A DNA stretch of 64,000 nt. Source: an uncultured delta proteobacterium. GTDB taxonomy: Bacteria > Desulfobacterota > Binatia > UBA9968. Under the pieces are notes generated by a model, which had not been told where the DNA came from, searched no databases, and saw only the letters and a program-made list of their open reading frames with translations. Where the stretch lies: the NCBI GenBank assembly GCA_963847445.1, contig CAWJZV010000007.1, positions 160,001-224,000 of the forward strand, written 5' to 3'. The translations under genes and the position numbers were made by a program. Shown one piece after another: positions 49,879 through 61,051 of this stretch; the stretch's first letter is position 1, and the number at the start of each line of letters is the position of its first letter.

Positions 49879-51024
49879 TTAGAGGCCGTAAAAGCGCGCG
49901 GTGTTATCGACGAGCAGCTTGCGCTTGCTCTCCTCGCTGATGTCGTTTCGCTTGAGGAAGACATCGACGGCGCCGTAGAGGCGGTCGCCGTGCGGGATAT
50001 CCGAGCCGTAAACCCAGCACTGGTCGCCAAACTCTTCGATGGCGAACGGCAGCAGTTTCTCGTCGACCTCGAAGCCGAAGTAAATCTGGCCGCGCTCGAT
50101 GTATTCTTTGGGCCAATGTTTGCCCGTGTAGCCCCGGTGAAAATCGACTCCGGCGCGCGCCCCGGGAAAGCCGCTATACTCTTCGATCCGCTCGACCAAC
50201 GCGGGCACCCAGGAGCAGCCGGCTTCGAGAAAGGCGATGCGCAAGTTCGGATAGCGGTCGGCGATCCCCTTGGAAATCACCCGGTGGAAGGCGAACTGCA
50301 CGGTCAGCCAAAACGATATCGCCGTCTTGTCATGGTGCGTGTCGTTGACCTGGCCGAGGGCGCGAAAGCTGTGTCCGGTATGCACCGCGACGGGAAGCCC
50401 GGTGTCGTTTGCCGCCGCCCAAATCGGCTCCATCGGCGGATCGTCGACGCGCACGTCGCCGGTGACGCCGAGCAGCATCACGCCGACGGCTCCGAGCTTC
50501 TTGCCGCGCTCGATTTCGCGCACTGATGCCTGCGGATCGATGGGGTCGATCACCGTGACCCACTTGAGGCGCTCGGGACATTGGCTGGCGAGGTCGGCGA
50601 CCCAGCTATTGTAGGCGCGCATCATCGCCACCGCCAAATCCCGATCATAGGTGATCGGATAGGAAAGGAACATCGTCGGATAGATCACTTGAAGCGCGGT
50701 ATTCTCCCGGTCCAATTGTTCGAGGCGAGCTTTGACCGAGCGCATTTCCGCGCTTTCGACGGGATCGTGAGGACTGATTCCCGGCGTGACTCTTGCCGCG
50801 ACGCCGTTCTTGCTGAGGGGAAAGCCGGCTTGCTGATTGGGCCCGCTGCGCACAGGAAAAGAGCGGCTATCGATCATCCAGTAGAGCGGACCGTCCGGGC
50901 CGGTCTCTAGAATGGCCGGTCGGCGATCTTTTAATTTCGCATCCCAGTATTTGTCCGAGAACGTGACTTCGGATTCCGATACATGGCCGTCGGCGTCCCA
51001 CGCCTTAATCATCTGCGCCTCCAA
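49879..51024 (-). CDS. Amidohydrolase_2 family protein
   Basis: DADGH, IYPT, AVH, FLEAGCSW, GSDIPH, NTARFY. Confidence 0.88.
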   Translation of the reverse strand: MEAQMIKAWDADGHVSESEVTFSDKYWDAKLKDRRPAILETGPDGPLYWMIDSRSFPVRSGPNQQAGFPLSKNGVAARVTPGISPHDPVESAEMRSVKARLEQLDRENTALQVIYPTMFLSYPITYDRDLAVAMMRAYNSWVADLASQCPERLKWVTVIDPIDPQASVREIERGKKLGAVGVMLLGVTGDVRVDDPPMEPIWAAANDTGLPVAVHTGHSFRALGQVNDTHHDKTAISFWLTVQFAFHRVISKGIADRYPNLRIAFLEAGCSWVPALVERIEEYSGFPGARAGVDFHRGYTGKHWPKEYIERGQIYFGFEVDEKLLPFAIEEFGDQCWVYGSDIPHGDRLYGAVDVFLKRNDISEESKRKLLVDNTARFYGL

Positions 51025-51098
51025 ACTGATCTTAAGACTCCATCGGAGTCAAGCGTGCATGATTGAATTGGAACGCATTTGCCGGCCGGATGGTTTTC

Positions 51099-52008
51099 CT
51101 ACGCTTTAACCTTCGGCAGCACCTTCTCGCCAAACAGATCCAACTGCCTGGGATCGGGATCGGCGACGCCGATGATCAGTGTGTCGAGCCCTTTGCTGAG
51201 AAAATAATTGATCTTCTCGACGCATTGATCAGGGCTACCGACGATCGAGACCGGTTCGACCGCGGTTCTGATGCGGCCATAGTAGCGCATCGTATAGTCT
51301 TCAACGACTTTCACCGCTTTGGCTTTGTCGTCGTTGATCGCCATGAACGCCAAGCTGGCTTTGGCGATTTCGTTGGGGTTTCGGCCAGCCGCGGCGGCGT
51401 AGCTGGCGATCTTGTCCCAGGTCAGGTGGAAGTCGGCGATCGCCGCGCTGCCGGAGATAAAACCGTTGGCCCAAGTGCCGGCGCGTTTGAGCGCGGCTTC
51501 GGCGCTGCCGCCGGTCCACAGCGGCGGATGGGGTTTTTGAATCGGCTCGCGGTCCAACGCTCAGGTTCTCGACGTTAAAAAACTTGCCCTTGTGCGTAAC
51601 ATTGTCCTCGGTCCAGAGCCGTTTCATCAGTTGCACTTGCTCGACTGCCCTGGTGCCGCGGTGTTCATAGGGAATCTCCACGGCTTTGTAGTCGGGTTCG
51701 CGGCTGCCGAAACCGAGACCGATGGTGACGCGGCCGTTGGAGATGAAATCCAGCGTCGAGATAATTTTGGCGAGATGCGCCGGGTGGCGGGTGTTGCCGA
51801 GCAGGACTGAAGTGCCCAGGCGAATCTTCTGCGTCGCGCCGGCGGCGGCGGCGAGAATCGTCAACGGCTCGAGATTGTCGTAGGCGATGCGGTCGATGGT
51901 CCACATCGAGTCGCAGCCCATGGCTTCGCATTTCTTGGCGAAGTTGACGACGTTTTCCGGTTTGGTGAGCGGTGCCGGGTTGACCCAGGCGAGTCCGATT
52001 TTGGCCAT
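51099..52008 (-). CDS. LLM-class flavin-dependent oxidoreductase (frameshift near 51550)
   Basis: IRLGTSVL, TLD-x-ISNGR-x2-IG-x-G, then P-x-QKPHPPLWTGG. Confidence 0.88.
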
Positions 52009-52150
52009 TGTCTTGTCCTTTCAGATTAACCGTCGAGTCAGATAATAATAAATAGACCAGTCGAACGACCCTTTTCAAGGAGGATCGTCTGCGATATACG
52101 AGACAGCAGAGAAATCGTATACCGACTTCAAACCAAGGAGGAACGAAGTT

Positions 52151-52582
52151 ATGGACGCTTTTACCTATAAGCTCAAGACGCCAATGATCACCGGCGGCAG
52201 AAGTCACATTCCGCTCGCCGACACCGAATTAATGTCCGTCGGTATTAACTATTATGCGGTGGGGCGTAAAAACAAACTTCATGCCCATTTCGGCGAGGAT
52301 CATACCTTTGTCGTGATGGACGGCCAGGCGACGTTCTACAACAAAGAAAATCAGCCGAACGTGCTTAACAAGGGCGAGGCGATCATGTTGCCGGTGGGCA
52401 CCCTTTACTACTTTGAAAATTCAGGTGACAAGCCGTTGGCGCTGTTGCGGGTGAGCGCGCTCAAGGGCAAGCCGGAATTCACGCGGGTGGACGCTGAAGG
52501 TAACAAGCGAACGGCAGTGGAAGACAAGTACATCACGGTGGACGGCGAGCCGATCCCGGGGCAGTTCTGGGAACTGACGTGA
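52151..52582 (+). CDS. Cupin-domain protein
   Basis: NKLHAH-x2-EDHTFVV-x-DG-x-A, MLP-x3-YYFEN. Confidence 0.85.
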   Translation: MDAFTYKLKTPMITGGRSHIPLADTELMSVGINYYAVGRKNKLHAHFGEDHTFVVMDGQATFYNKENQPNVLNKGEAIMLPVGTLYYFENSGDKPLALLRVSALKGKPEFTRVDAEGNKRTAVEDKYITVDGEPIPGQFWELT

Positions 52583-52630
52583 TGCGCTTTAGATTCATCG
52601 ATTGAGGACACTCGAAGGAGAACTAACGAT

Positions 52631-53065
52631 ATGCAGGCTTCGACGTTCAAATTGAAAACCAATCTGCTCACCGGTGGACGAAGCCACACGCCGCTGGCAA
52701 AATCCGGTGCGCTGACCATGGGTCTGAACTTTTACACACCGGGCAGAAAGAATAAGCTGCACACCCATCCCGGTGAAGATCACGCCTTCGTGGTCATCGA
52801 TGGCCAGGCGACGTTCTACGACAAAGAAGGCAAGGCCACTGTGCTGAATAAAGGCGAAGGCATCATGCTGCCCGACGGCTATTACTATTACTTCGAGAGC
52901 ACCGGCACGGTGCCGTTGGCGATCCTGCGCTCGAGCGCGGCGCGCAAAGACCGTCCGGCGGTGCTGCGCGTCGACGTCAAAGGCGACAAGCGCATGGAGG
53001 AAGAAGAAGGGTTCGCGGTAGCCGATGGCGCCGCCATCGAAGGCCAATACTGGGAGATGAAATAG
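52631..53065 (+). CDS. Cupin-domain protein, tandem paralog
   Basis: NKLHTH-x2-EDHAFVVIDGQA; collinear with the previous gene. Confidence 0.85.
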   Translation: MQASTFKLKTNLLTGGRSHTPLAKSGALTMGLNFYTPGRKNKLHTHPGEDHAFVVIDGQATFYDKEGKATVLNKGEGIMLPDGYYYYFESTGTVPLAILRSSAARKDRPAVLRVDVKGDKRMEEEEGFAVADGAAIEGQYWEMK

Positions 53066-53194
53066 GCCCTAAGATGCGTTGCCGGCGGCGCTCTTCTTGG
53101 GATTTGCCTGGTCAGGTCAGCTCATGCGCAGTCCTCTGCGCAGCGGGCCAAGCTCATCGACGACGCCAAGTAGAAGAAATATTTCAGGTTAAAG

Positions 53195-54343
53195 ATGAAA
53201 ATCACAGATGTAAAAACCATTCGTCTGCGCGCGGAAATACCGGCGGCGGGACAGGTGTTCAGCCGTTCCGGGGTGCGCAACACGCGCTCGACGACATTGA
53301 TCAAAGTAGAAACCGATGACGGCGTCTACGGTCTCGGCTCGGCTTCCGGAAACGGCGAACTGATTGAATTCATCGTTGCCCGGGTGCTCAAGCCGCTGCT
53401 GGTCGGCATGGATCCAACCGAGATCGATGAGATTTGGGACACCGCTTACGTCCGCGGCGGCCATAAGGAGTTCGGCACCCGCGGCATCGGCGTCGTGGCG
53501 CTGAGCGGCATCGACGTCGCGCTTTGGGATATCCTTGGCAAGGTGCGCGGTGTGCCGCTCTATCAACTGCTCGGCGGCAAAGTGCGCGACAAAGTTCCGG
53601 TGTACGCCACCGCGCTCTATCCCGAAGAGCCGTCGAAGGTTGCCCGCAGGGCGCGCGAGTTCGCCGATCAAGGGTTTCACGGCGTAAAAATCAAAGTCGG
53701 CTTCGATCTGGATCAAGACATCCGCATCGTCCGCGCGGTGCGCCAAGAGCTCGGCAAAGATTTCATCGTCATGACCGACGCCAATCAAGGCTACAGCATC
53801 GACGTCGGCATCAAGGCGGCGCAGGCATTTGCCGACGCCGGCGCTTTTTGGTTGGAGGAGCCGCTCTTCGTCGAGGATATAGCAGGGCATGCGATTCTCC
53901 GCGAACGCGGCAATACGCCCATCGCCGTCGGCGAAAATCTGCATATGACCTATGGCTTCGAGAATTTCATTCTGCGCGGCGCGGTGGATTTCATTCAACC
54001 CGATGTCGCCCGCGCCGGCGGCATTACCGAGATTCGCAAGATCACCGCGTTGGCGGCCAAGCACAAGGTGCCGGTGTCGTTTCATACCTGGGGCGATGGC
54101 GTCGCGCTGGCGGCAAGCGTTCATCTTTCCGCGGCGCTGCAGGATTGCATCGTCATGGAACTCGACTACACCTACAACCCGCTGCGCGAGGAACTGCTAC
54201 AAGAACCGTTCAAAGTGGACAACGGTTATCTGACGCCAAGTGACAAACCCGGATTGGGCATCGAACTGAATCAGCAAGCGTTGCAGCGGTTCGCCTTCGC
54301 CGGCTCTGAAGACATGGCGATCCGGCAGAAAACTTTGCGCTAA
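53195..54343 (+). CDS. Mandelate racemase/muconate lactonizing enzyme family (enolase superfamily)
   Basis: SGIDVALWDILGK, KIKVG, DAN, WLEEP, GEN, QPD, H, PGLG. Confidence 0.92.
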   Translation: MKITDVKTIRLRAEIPAAGQVFSRSGVRNTRSTTLIKVETDDGVYGLGSASGNGELIEFIVARVLKPLLVGMDPTEIDEIWDTAYVRGGHKEFGTRGIGVVALSGIDVALWDILGKVRGVPLYQLLGGKVRDKVPVYATALYPEEPSKVARRAREFADQGFHGVKIKVGFDLDQDIRIVRAVRQELGKDFIVMTDANQGYSIDVGIKAAQAFADAGAFWLEEPLFVEDIAGHAILRERGNTPIAVGENLHMTYGFENFILRGAVDFIQPDVARAGGITEIRKITALAAKHKVPVSFHTWGDGVALAASVHLSAALQDCIVMELDYTYNPLREELLQEPFKVDNGYLTPSDKPGLGIELNQQALQRFAFAGSEDMAIRQKTLR

Positions 54344-54554
54344 TCGGCGCACAACCAAGCTCGCGGCCAGCGATACGTTGCGAACACATCTGTACCGTCG
54401 CCAGGGAAATCCGCCGAATCACAACTAAACCAGCCCATATCCGTCGATCATCTAGGAACTTCCCGGCGCACCACTGAAAATTTGCGTCAATAAATTCATG
54501 GCATATTGCTTGCCCCGATAAATCTCGGCTGTGCAAACCGCCGAGGAGGCAAGC

Positions 54555-56218
54555 ATGCTTGGTTGGTCATTTCGCTATCCATATTCACAGACCCGTCGGA
54601 TCGTCGCCTTAGTTACACTACTATCCTTCCTTTTCGCCCCGGTGCTTCCAGCCTTGGCGCTGGACGCGACGCGCGGCGGAGTACTGCCCCAGCCGCTGCC
54701 GCTGTTTCCCGGCCGACAACTGGTGGAATCTCGATATCAGCAGCTGGCCGGTGGATCAGAACTCTTCGAGCTACATCAATTTTATCAATAACGGCGGCAC
54801 GCGAAGGCTCCACCCAGACTTCGGCGGCAATTCCGGCAGCGGATTCGGCATCTATGGCATGCCCTACGCGGTTCTCACCAACGTTACCGATGCAGGATCG
54901 TAAACCGGTGCAGTTTCAGTATTGGGATGAAAGCGACGGCGTGAATTTGCAGACCGGTACAAGCGTTGCGTTTTACCCGATTCCCAATGAAGCGATTTCT
55001 CAACCGTACTGGGTCGAAGGCGGCGATCCGGGAAATGTCGACAAGCGCAGTTCACAGGATCGCCATCTGTTGCTAGTCGATCGCGAGCGCAACCATCTGT
55101 ACGAGCTTTACAATGTCTTCTACAACGCCACCCAGGGGAAATGGTACGCCGGCTCGGGGGCGTTCTTCGACATGAACACGAACAACCGCCGGCCGGACAC
55201 GTGGACTTCGGCCGATGCGGCGGGTTTGGCAATCCTGCCCGGACTGGTCCGCTACGATGAAGCCTATGATCCCAACGTAACGGAAATCAAACATGCGTTG
55301 CGCGTGACCGTGCGCTCGACCAACGGCTATGTTTATCCGGCCTCCCATCGCGCCGGTTCGACCATGGGAGCGTTGCCCATGGGCGCGCGCTTGCGCTTGA
55401 AGAACACCGTCGATGTCGCGCAGCGCACCAGCGATCCCAACGTGCAGAAAATCTTTCGCGCCATGCAACGATACGGCTTGATCGTTGCGGATAACGGCTC
55501 GGACATGTACATCACCGGCACCTACGACACCCGCTGGAACAATGGCATTTTGAATCCTGCCTTTGCCAATCTGACGGCGAGCGATTTTGAAGTCATTCAA
55601 CTCGGTTACAATCCAGTTCCCGCGGCAGCGGCGCTCTCCTCAGTAACAGTAACGCCGGCGTCTGCCACAGGAGGCCAATCGAGGACCGGCACTGTGACGC
55701 TGACCAGCGCCGCACCGGCAGGCGGTATCGTGGTGAACTTAGCGAGCAGCGTTGCGTCGGCGCAGCTACCAACGTCGGTGACAATTCCAGCAAACGCTAG
55801 TGCAGCGAATTTCACTGTAACCACATCGGCAGTGAGTTCGCTGACGGCAGGAAATATCTCGGCAAGCTACAACAATGTGACCAAGTCGGCGTCGATCAGT
55901 TTATTGCCATCGCCAGCATCGGTATCGGCAAGTCTGGCTTCGTTAACCCTCAACCCGCTCACAGTCACCGGCGGCGCCACATCGATTGGGACCGTGACGC
56001 TCACCGCGCCCGCGCCTGCGGCAGGTTTAGTGGTGAAGTTGTCGAGCAATATTCCCAGCCGTGCAAAAGTTCCCACAACCGTAACTGTTCTTTCCGGCAG
56101 TTCATCCGCGAGTTTCACTGTTACAACTGTCAAAGTGAACCGAAAGTTTTCGCCAACAATCACCGCATCCTATAGTGGCGTTAAGAAAACTGCAGTTCTG
56201 ACAATTACCCGGCAATAA
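54555..56218 (+). CDS. Secreted hypothetical protein with two C-terminal Ig-like repeats (frameshifted N-terminus)
   Basis: GAGGAGG RBS and signal peptide; FP-x-DNWWN-x-DIS, DRH, WTSADAAGL, HALR, YG-x-IVADNG; two repeats L-x-S-x-T-x2-P-x3-TGG-x-S-x-GTVTL. Confidence 0.7.
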
Positions 56219-56394
56219 CCGAGAGATTCTGTCCCGCGTCAAGCAAGCATCGTCGATCATCGACGGTGCTTGCTTTGCTCCACCGCCAGATCCGCCTAAG
56301 GTTTCTTCGCCGGCTGGGCGGCTCGGGTTCCCGTCTAACCACCAATCATCCGATGACTGAAGCAAGCTTGGCAGCTTCACGGGCACCAGAAGTG

Positions 56395-56640
56395 TTCACC
56401 ACGAAGGCACGAAGAGCACGAAGTTCAGAGAAATAATTTTCCAAACCTTCGTGTCCTCCGTGACTACTATCCGTGCACAGTTTGCGCGGCTTGCGCAAAT
56501 TTCGCGCATGCGCCAACTCGCGAGTACGGGCGGGTTTCAGACCCGCACACCTACGAGCTCGCGATACCTTTTTTGCGCCCTTTGCGTTCTTTGCGACCAT
56601 TCTTCAATGGCTGCGGCTCTGCCGCGCTAGGAACTTCGTG
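56395..56640. repeat. CACGAAG-type repeat cluster with nested REP-like hairpin
   Basis: Inverted match to 40560-40700 and 40330-40360; gtacgggcgggtttcagacccgc inside. Confidence 0.7.
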
Positions 56641-56762
56641 CTGAGTTACTCCCCCGATAAACTACCAACAGCTTGAGGCACTCCACAAGATAATTGCCAA
56701 CGGATTCACACTTTCAACTTCGGTTGTCTTGGATCGGAGAGCTGTTAAGATTATCCGGCTCG

Positions 56763-58137
56763 ATGTACCAGGAAGACACCATAGCCGCGATCGCCACGCC
56801 GCCGGGCGAAGGCGGTCTCGCCGTGGTCCGAATCAGCGGACCCGATGCGGAGAAAATCGCGCTGCGGATTTTTACCCGCCCGAACAATCGCAACGGTACA
56901 CTTCGCTCGCATACTCTCTACCATGGGCAAATCAGCGATCCGCAAGGACGCGCAACCGATCGATGAAGTACTGCTCACGATCATGCGCAAACCGCGGAGT
57001 TACACCGGCGAGGATGTCGTCGAGGTGCATTGTCATGGCGGCAATTTTCTGGTCAGACAAATTCTCGCTCTAATCCTTACTCAAGGCGTTCGCCAAGCGG
57101 AACCGGGCGAATTCACCAAGCGGGCTTTTTTGAATGGACGCGTCGATCTCGCCCAGGCCGAGGCGGTACTCGATCTCATTCGCGCTCGGACTGCGAAGGG
57201 CGCACAGCTGGCATTGAATCAGGCCAGCGGTGAATTGTCGAAGCATGTCGGCGAGCTGCGCGAGGAACTGCTCGACATCATGGTCCAGGTGGAAGCCGCC
57301 ATCGATTTCCCTGAAGAGGAAATCGAGCTCCTCCAGCGTCACCGCTTGGTCGAGAAAATCCTTGCCTTAGTCACAAAAATCAACCTGATTTCAGATAGTT
57401 ATGAGTGGGGCAGGCTGTTTCGCGAAGGTGCCACGGTGTGTATTTGCGGTCGCCCCAATGTCGGCAAGTCAAGCTTGTTGAACGCTTTGCTGGGTACTGA
57501 CAGGGTCATCGTCACGCCGGTTCCAGGCACCACGAGGGATGTGATAGAAGAATCGCTGGCGTTAGAAGGTTTGCCGATTGTAATTTGGGATACCGCCGGG
57601 ATCAGAGACACCGACGACCAGATTGAAAAGCTTGGCGTCGAACTATCCCGCCAGCACTTGGAGAAAGCGGATGCCTTGGTGATGGTCATCGATGGTGCCG
57701 TCGAGTTGACTTCAGAGGATCGCGCGTTGCTACGAAACATCGGTGCCAAGAAGGTCGTGATTGCCGTAAACAAAAGTGATTTGCCTACAGTTGTCGACCT
57801 TCATTCGATCTCGGCAAACCAGCAAACTAAAATGCTCGCAACCTCGGCAAAATCAGGAGCTGGAATTGACTCATTGAAGAGAACTTTGCGCGAACTAATC
57901 CTCGGCTGCGCAGTTGAATCGCCGGTAACCGTAACCAACCTGCGCCATCGCAGCGAGTTGGTTCGGAGTGCCGATGGCCTAACGCGAGCGATCGCTACCC
58001 TAAACCAGGGGTTCCCACCGGAGTTAGCCGCCATTGATCTGCACGATGCCCGTGAAGCCCTCGAAGAGATCATTGGAGTGGTTCACAATGAGGATATTTT
58101 AGAACGTATTTTTAGTAATTTTTGTATTGGTAAATAG
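56763..58137 (+). CDS. mnmE: tRNA modification GTPase MnmE (frameshift near 56945)
   Basis: [54 protein letters not shown]. Confidence 0.97.
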
Positions 58138-58184
58138 TCTCAATTAATATTTTAATTGAAAGTTTTTAAAAATTAGACGCACGC

Positions 58185-58200
58185 TGTTCCACGTGAAACA
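58185..58200. promoter_or_regulatory. parS centromere site
   Basis: tgttccacgtgaaaca matches consensus TGTTNCACGTGAAACA. Confidence 0.9.
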
Positions 58201-60078
58201 ATGATTTCCAATGTAATATTCGATGTAATTGTCGTCGGGGCCGGCCATGCCGGAATCGAGGCTTGTCTGGCTGCGGCTCGGATGGGCTGCACCACACTGA
58301 TGATGACCCTCAACCTGGATCACATCGGCCAGATGTCATGTAATCCAGCCATCGGTGGCATTGGCAAAGGCCACCTGGTTAAAGAAATCGACGCACTGGG
58401 CGGTGAGATGGCCCGAGCGATCGACGAAACCGGCATCCAATTCCGCATTCTCAATACCAAAAAAGGGCCGGCTGTGCGTGCTTCCAGGGCTCAAGCCGAC
58501 AAAGCGCTCTATCGCATGCGCATGAAGCGGGTGCTGGAAAACTGCCCGGGACTGACCCTTAGGCAAGGTAGTGTTGAAGCTTTGATCGTTGAGGACGGAC
58601 TGATAAAAGGAGTCGAAACTCAGATCGGCGAACGCTTCTATGGCCGGAAGGTAATTCTGACAACCGGGACATTTCTGAAGGGACTCATTCACATTGGCGA
58701 TCGAAACTATTCGGCGGGGCGGGCTGGGGATTTTGCCGTCCACGGCCTAAGCGAGTCTTTAGTCAGCCTTGGATTCAAAGTTGGCAGGCTAAAGACCGGG
58801 ACCTGCCCACGGCTTGATAGTAGAACCATCGACTATTCGGAACTCGTGGTTCAGGACGGCGATCAGCCACCCCAGCCATTCTCCTTTTCAAGCAGTGGAG
58901 TCACGCAACGCCAGGTGCCTTGTCACATCACTTACACCAACAGCCGCACTCATGAAATCATTCGCAGTGCGATGCATCGTTCGCCGATGTATTCCGGGGT
59001 GATCAAGAGCCGCGGTCCAAGATACTGCCCGTCGATTGAAGACAAGATCCATCGCTTCGCAGACAAGGATCGCCACCAGATATTCCTCGAACCGGAGGGA
59101 TTGGACACCGTTGAGGTTTATCCAAACGGCCTGTCCACGAGCCTGCCACTGGATGTCCAAGTTGAAATGGTTCGATCAATTAAAGGGCTGGAGCAAGCAG
59201 AAATCATGCGCCATGGCTATGCCATCGAGTATGACTACTTCGAGCCCACACAGCTTTTCCCTAGTTTGGAAACCAAACTGGTTAAAGGGCTCTATCACGC
59301 CGGTCAAATCAATGGCACCACTGGTTACGAAGAAGCGGCGGCCCAGGGGATCATGGCTGGAATCAATGCTACTTTGAGCCTGCGCGGTGAGCAACCTTTG
59401 GTATTCTCCCGTGACCAGGCCTACATCGGCGTACTCATCGACGATCTCGTAACCAAGGGTACCGACAGCGAGCCCTATCGAATGTTTACTTCGCGCGCCG
59501 AATACCGCCTGCTATTGCGCGAAGACAACGCCGACTTAAGACTTTGCGAAACCGGCCATCGGATCGGACTGGCGGGAGAAGCGGAATACCAGAGGTTCAA
59601 AGACAAAAAATCAGCCATTGACGAGCTACTCGGATACTTGGATAGCAAGCAATTGAATCCTGACAGCGAAACCAATTCACGCCTTGAAGCGATCGGCAAA
59701 ACGCCTCTTAAAAAATCTCACAAAGCTGAGCCAGATTTTACGTAGACCAGAGATTTCCCTGTCTGATATTAGAGTTATATTTCCTGAGATCTCGTAAAAT
59801 ACTCGCGCGATGTCGATTCACAGGTGGAAGTTCAGATCAAATATGCGGGCTACGTCAATCGCCAGAATGACATCGTCGAGAGATTCCAGAAAATGGAAGA
59901 TGTCAGGCTTCCCGAGGACATCGATTATTCTCAGATCAGTGGCATATCCCGAGAAGTCCGTGAGAAACTGATCCGAATTCAACCTCGTTCGCTTGGTCAA
60001 GCATCAAGAATTTCCGGTATCACGCCAGCCGCGATAACCTTACTGTCCTTCTATTTAAAGAAGCGCAAGAGCGCCTAA
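58201..60078 (+). CDS. mnmG: tRNA uridine-5-carboxymethylaminomethyl enzyme MnmG/GidA (frameshifts near 59715-59820)
   Basis: [72 protein letters not shown]. Confidence 0.97.
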
Positions 60079-60150
60079 TCTTGATTAGACAAATTACCGC
60101 ATCGACATAAATCCCTTCAGCTGAGCCGCTAGTCGAAGACGGATTATTTC

Positions 60151-60166
60151 TGTTTCACGTGAAACA
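60151..60166. promoter_or_regulatory. parS centromere site
   Basis: Perfect palindrome tgtttcacgtgaaaca upstream of parA. Confidence 0.92.
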
Positions 60167-60256
60167 GGAAATAGTGCTTCTCATTCATAAGTATTTGTGG
60201 TAATACTTAGTAAATACGTAATACAGTTATAAACTATTGATTTATAAAGACTTTTT

Positions 60257-61051
60257 GTGAGTAAAATAATTGCAATAGCGAACCAGAAGGGCGGCGTCGG
60301 CAAGACTACAACGGCGATCAACCTAGCGGCTAGCTTGGCGCTGGAGACGCAGCGGACGTTGTTGGTCGACATCGACCCGCAGGGAAACAGCACTACAGGT
60401 CTGGGCGTCGACCGCGCTCAAGTAACGGCTAGCTTGTATCATGTCCTGGACGGGACGCGCTTCGTCGGCGAGGCGATATGCCAAACCGAGGTCCCGGATC
60501 TGCTGATGATTCCCGCGACCAAGGATTTGGTCGGTGCCGAAGTCGAGCTGGTCAACGCCGAACGCCGCGAGTATCGCCTCAAAGACGCCTTGGCCTCGGT
60601 GGTGGCCCATTATGACTATGTATTGCTCGACTGCCCGCCCTCCCTTGGCTTGCTCACCCTCAATGCACTGACCGCGGCAGACTCGCTGTTGATTCCGATT
60701 CAAAGTGAGTATTACGCCCTCGAAGGTTTGAGCGCGATCCTGGAAACCATGAATCTGGTGCAGAAAGGTTTGAATCCGGCTTTGCACCTGGAGGGTATCG
60801 TCATCACCATGTTCGATAGCCGCAATCGCCTGTCGCATCAGGTTGTCGAAGAAATCCGCTCGCACTTTCCCGACAAAATGTTCAATGCCATCGTGCGCCG
60901 CAATGTCCGCCTTAGCGAGAGCCCGAGCTACGGCAAACCGATTTGTTTGTACGATCCGACCTCAACCGGGGCGTTGGACTATAGAGAACTAGCAAAGGAG
61001 TTGATTAATCGTGGAGAACGCAATGCCAATGCAGAAAAAGGGCTTGGGTAG
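60257..61051 (+). CDS. parA: Chromosome partitioning ATPase ParA/Soj
   Basis: NQKGGVGKTTT, D-x-DPQGN, DCPPSLG, EYYALEG, RNVRLSESPS. Confidence 0.96.
   Translation: MSKIIAIANQKGGVGKTTTAINLAASLALETQRTLLVDIDPQGNSTTGLGVDRAQVTASLYHVLDGTRFVGEAICQTEVPDLLMIPATKDLVGAEVELVNAERREYRLKDALASVVAHYDYVLLDCPPSLGLLTLNALTAADSLLIPIQSEYYALEGLSAILETMNLVQKGLNPALHLEGIVITMFDSRNRLSHQVVEEIRSHFPDKMFNAIVRRNVRLSESPSYGKPICLYDPTSTGALDYRELAKELINRGERNANAEKGLG

Noticed and set aside
58138-60256. oriC in the AT-rich gaps around mnmG
   Set aside because: No TTATCCACA-like DnaA box cluster seen and the gaps are short; only parS sites are supported
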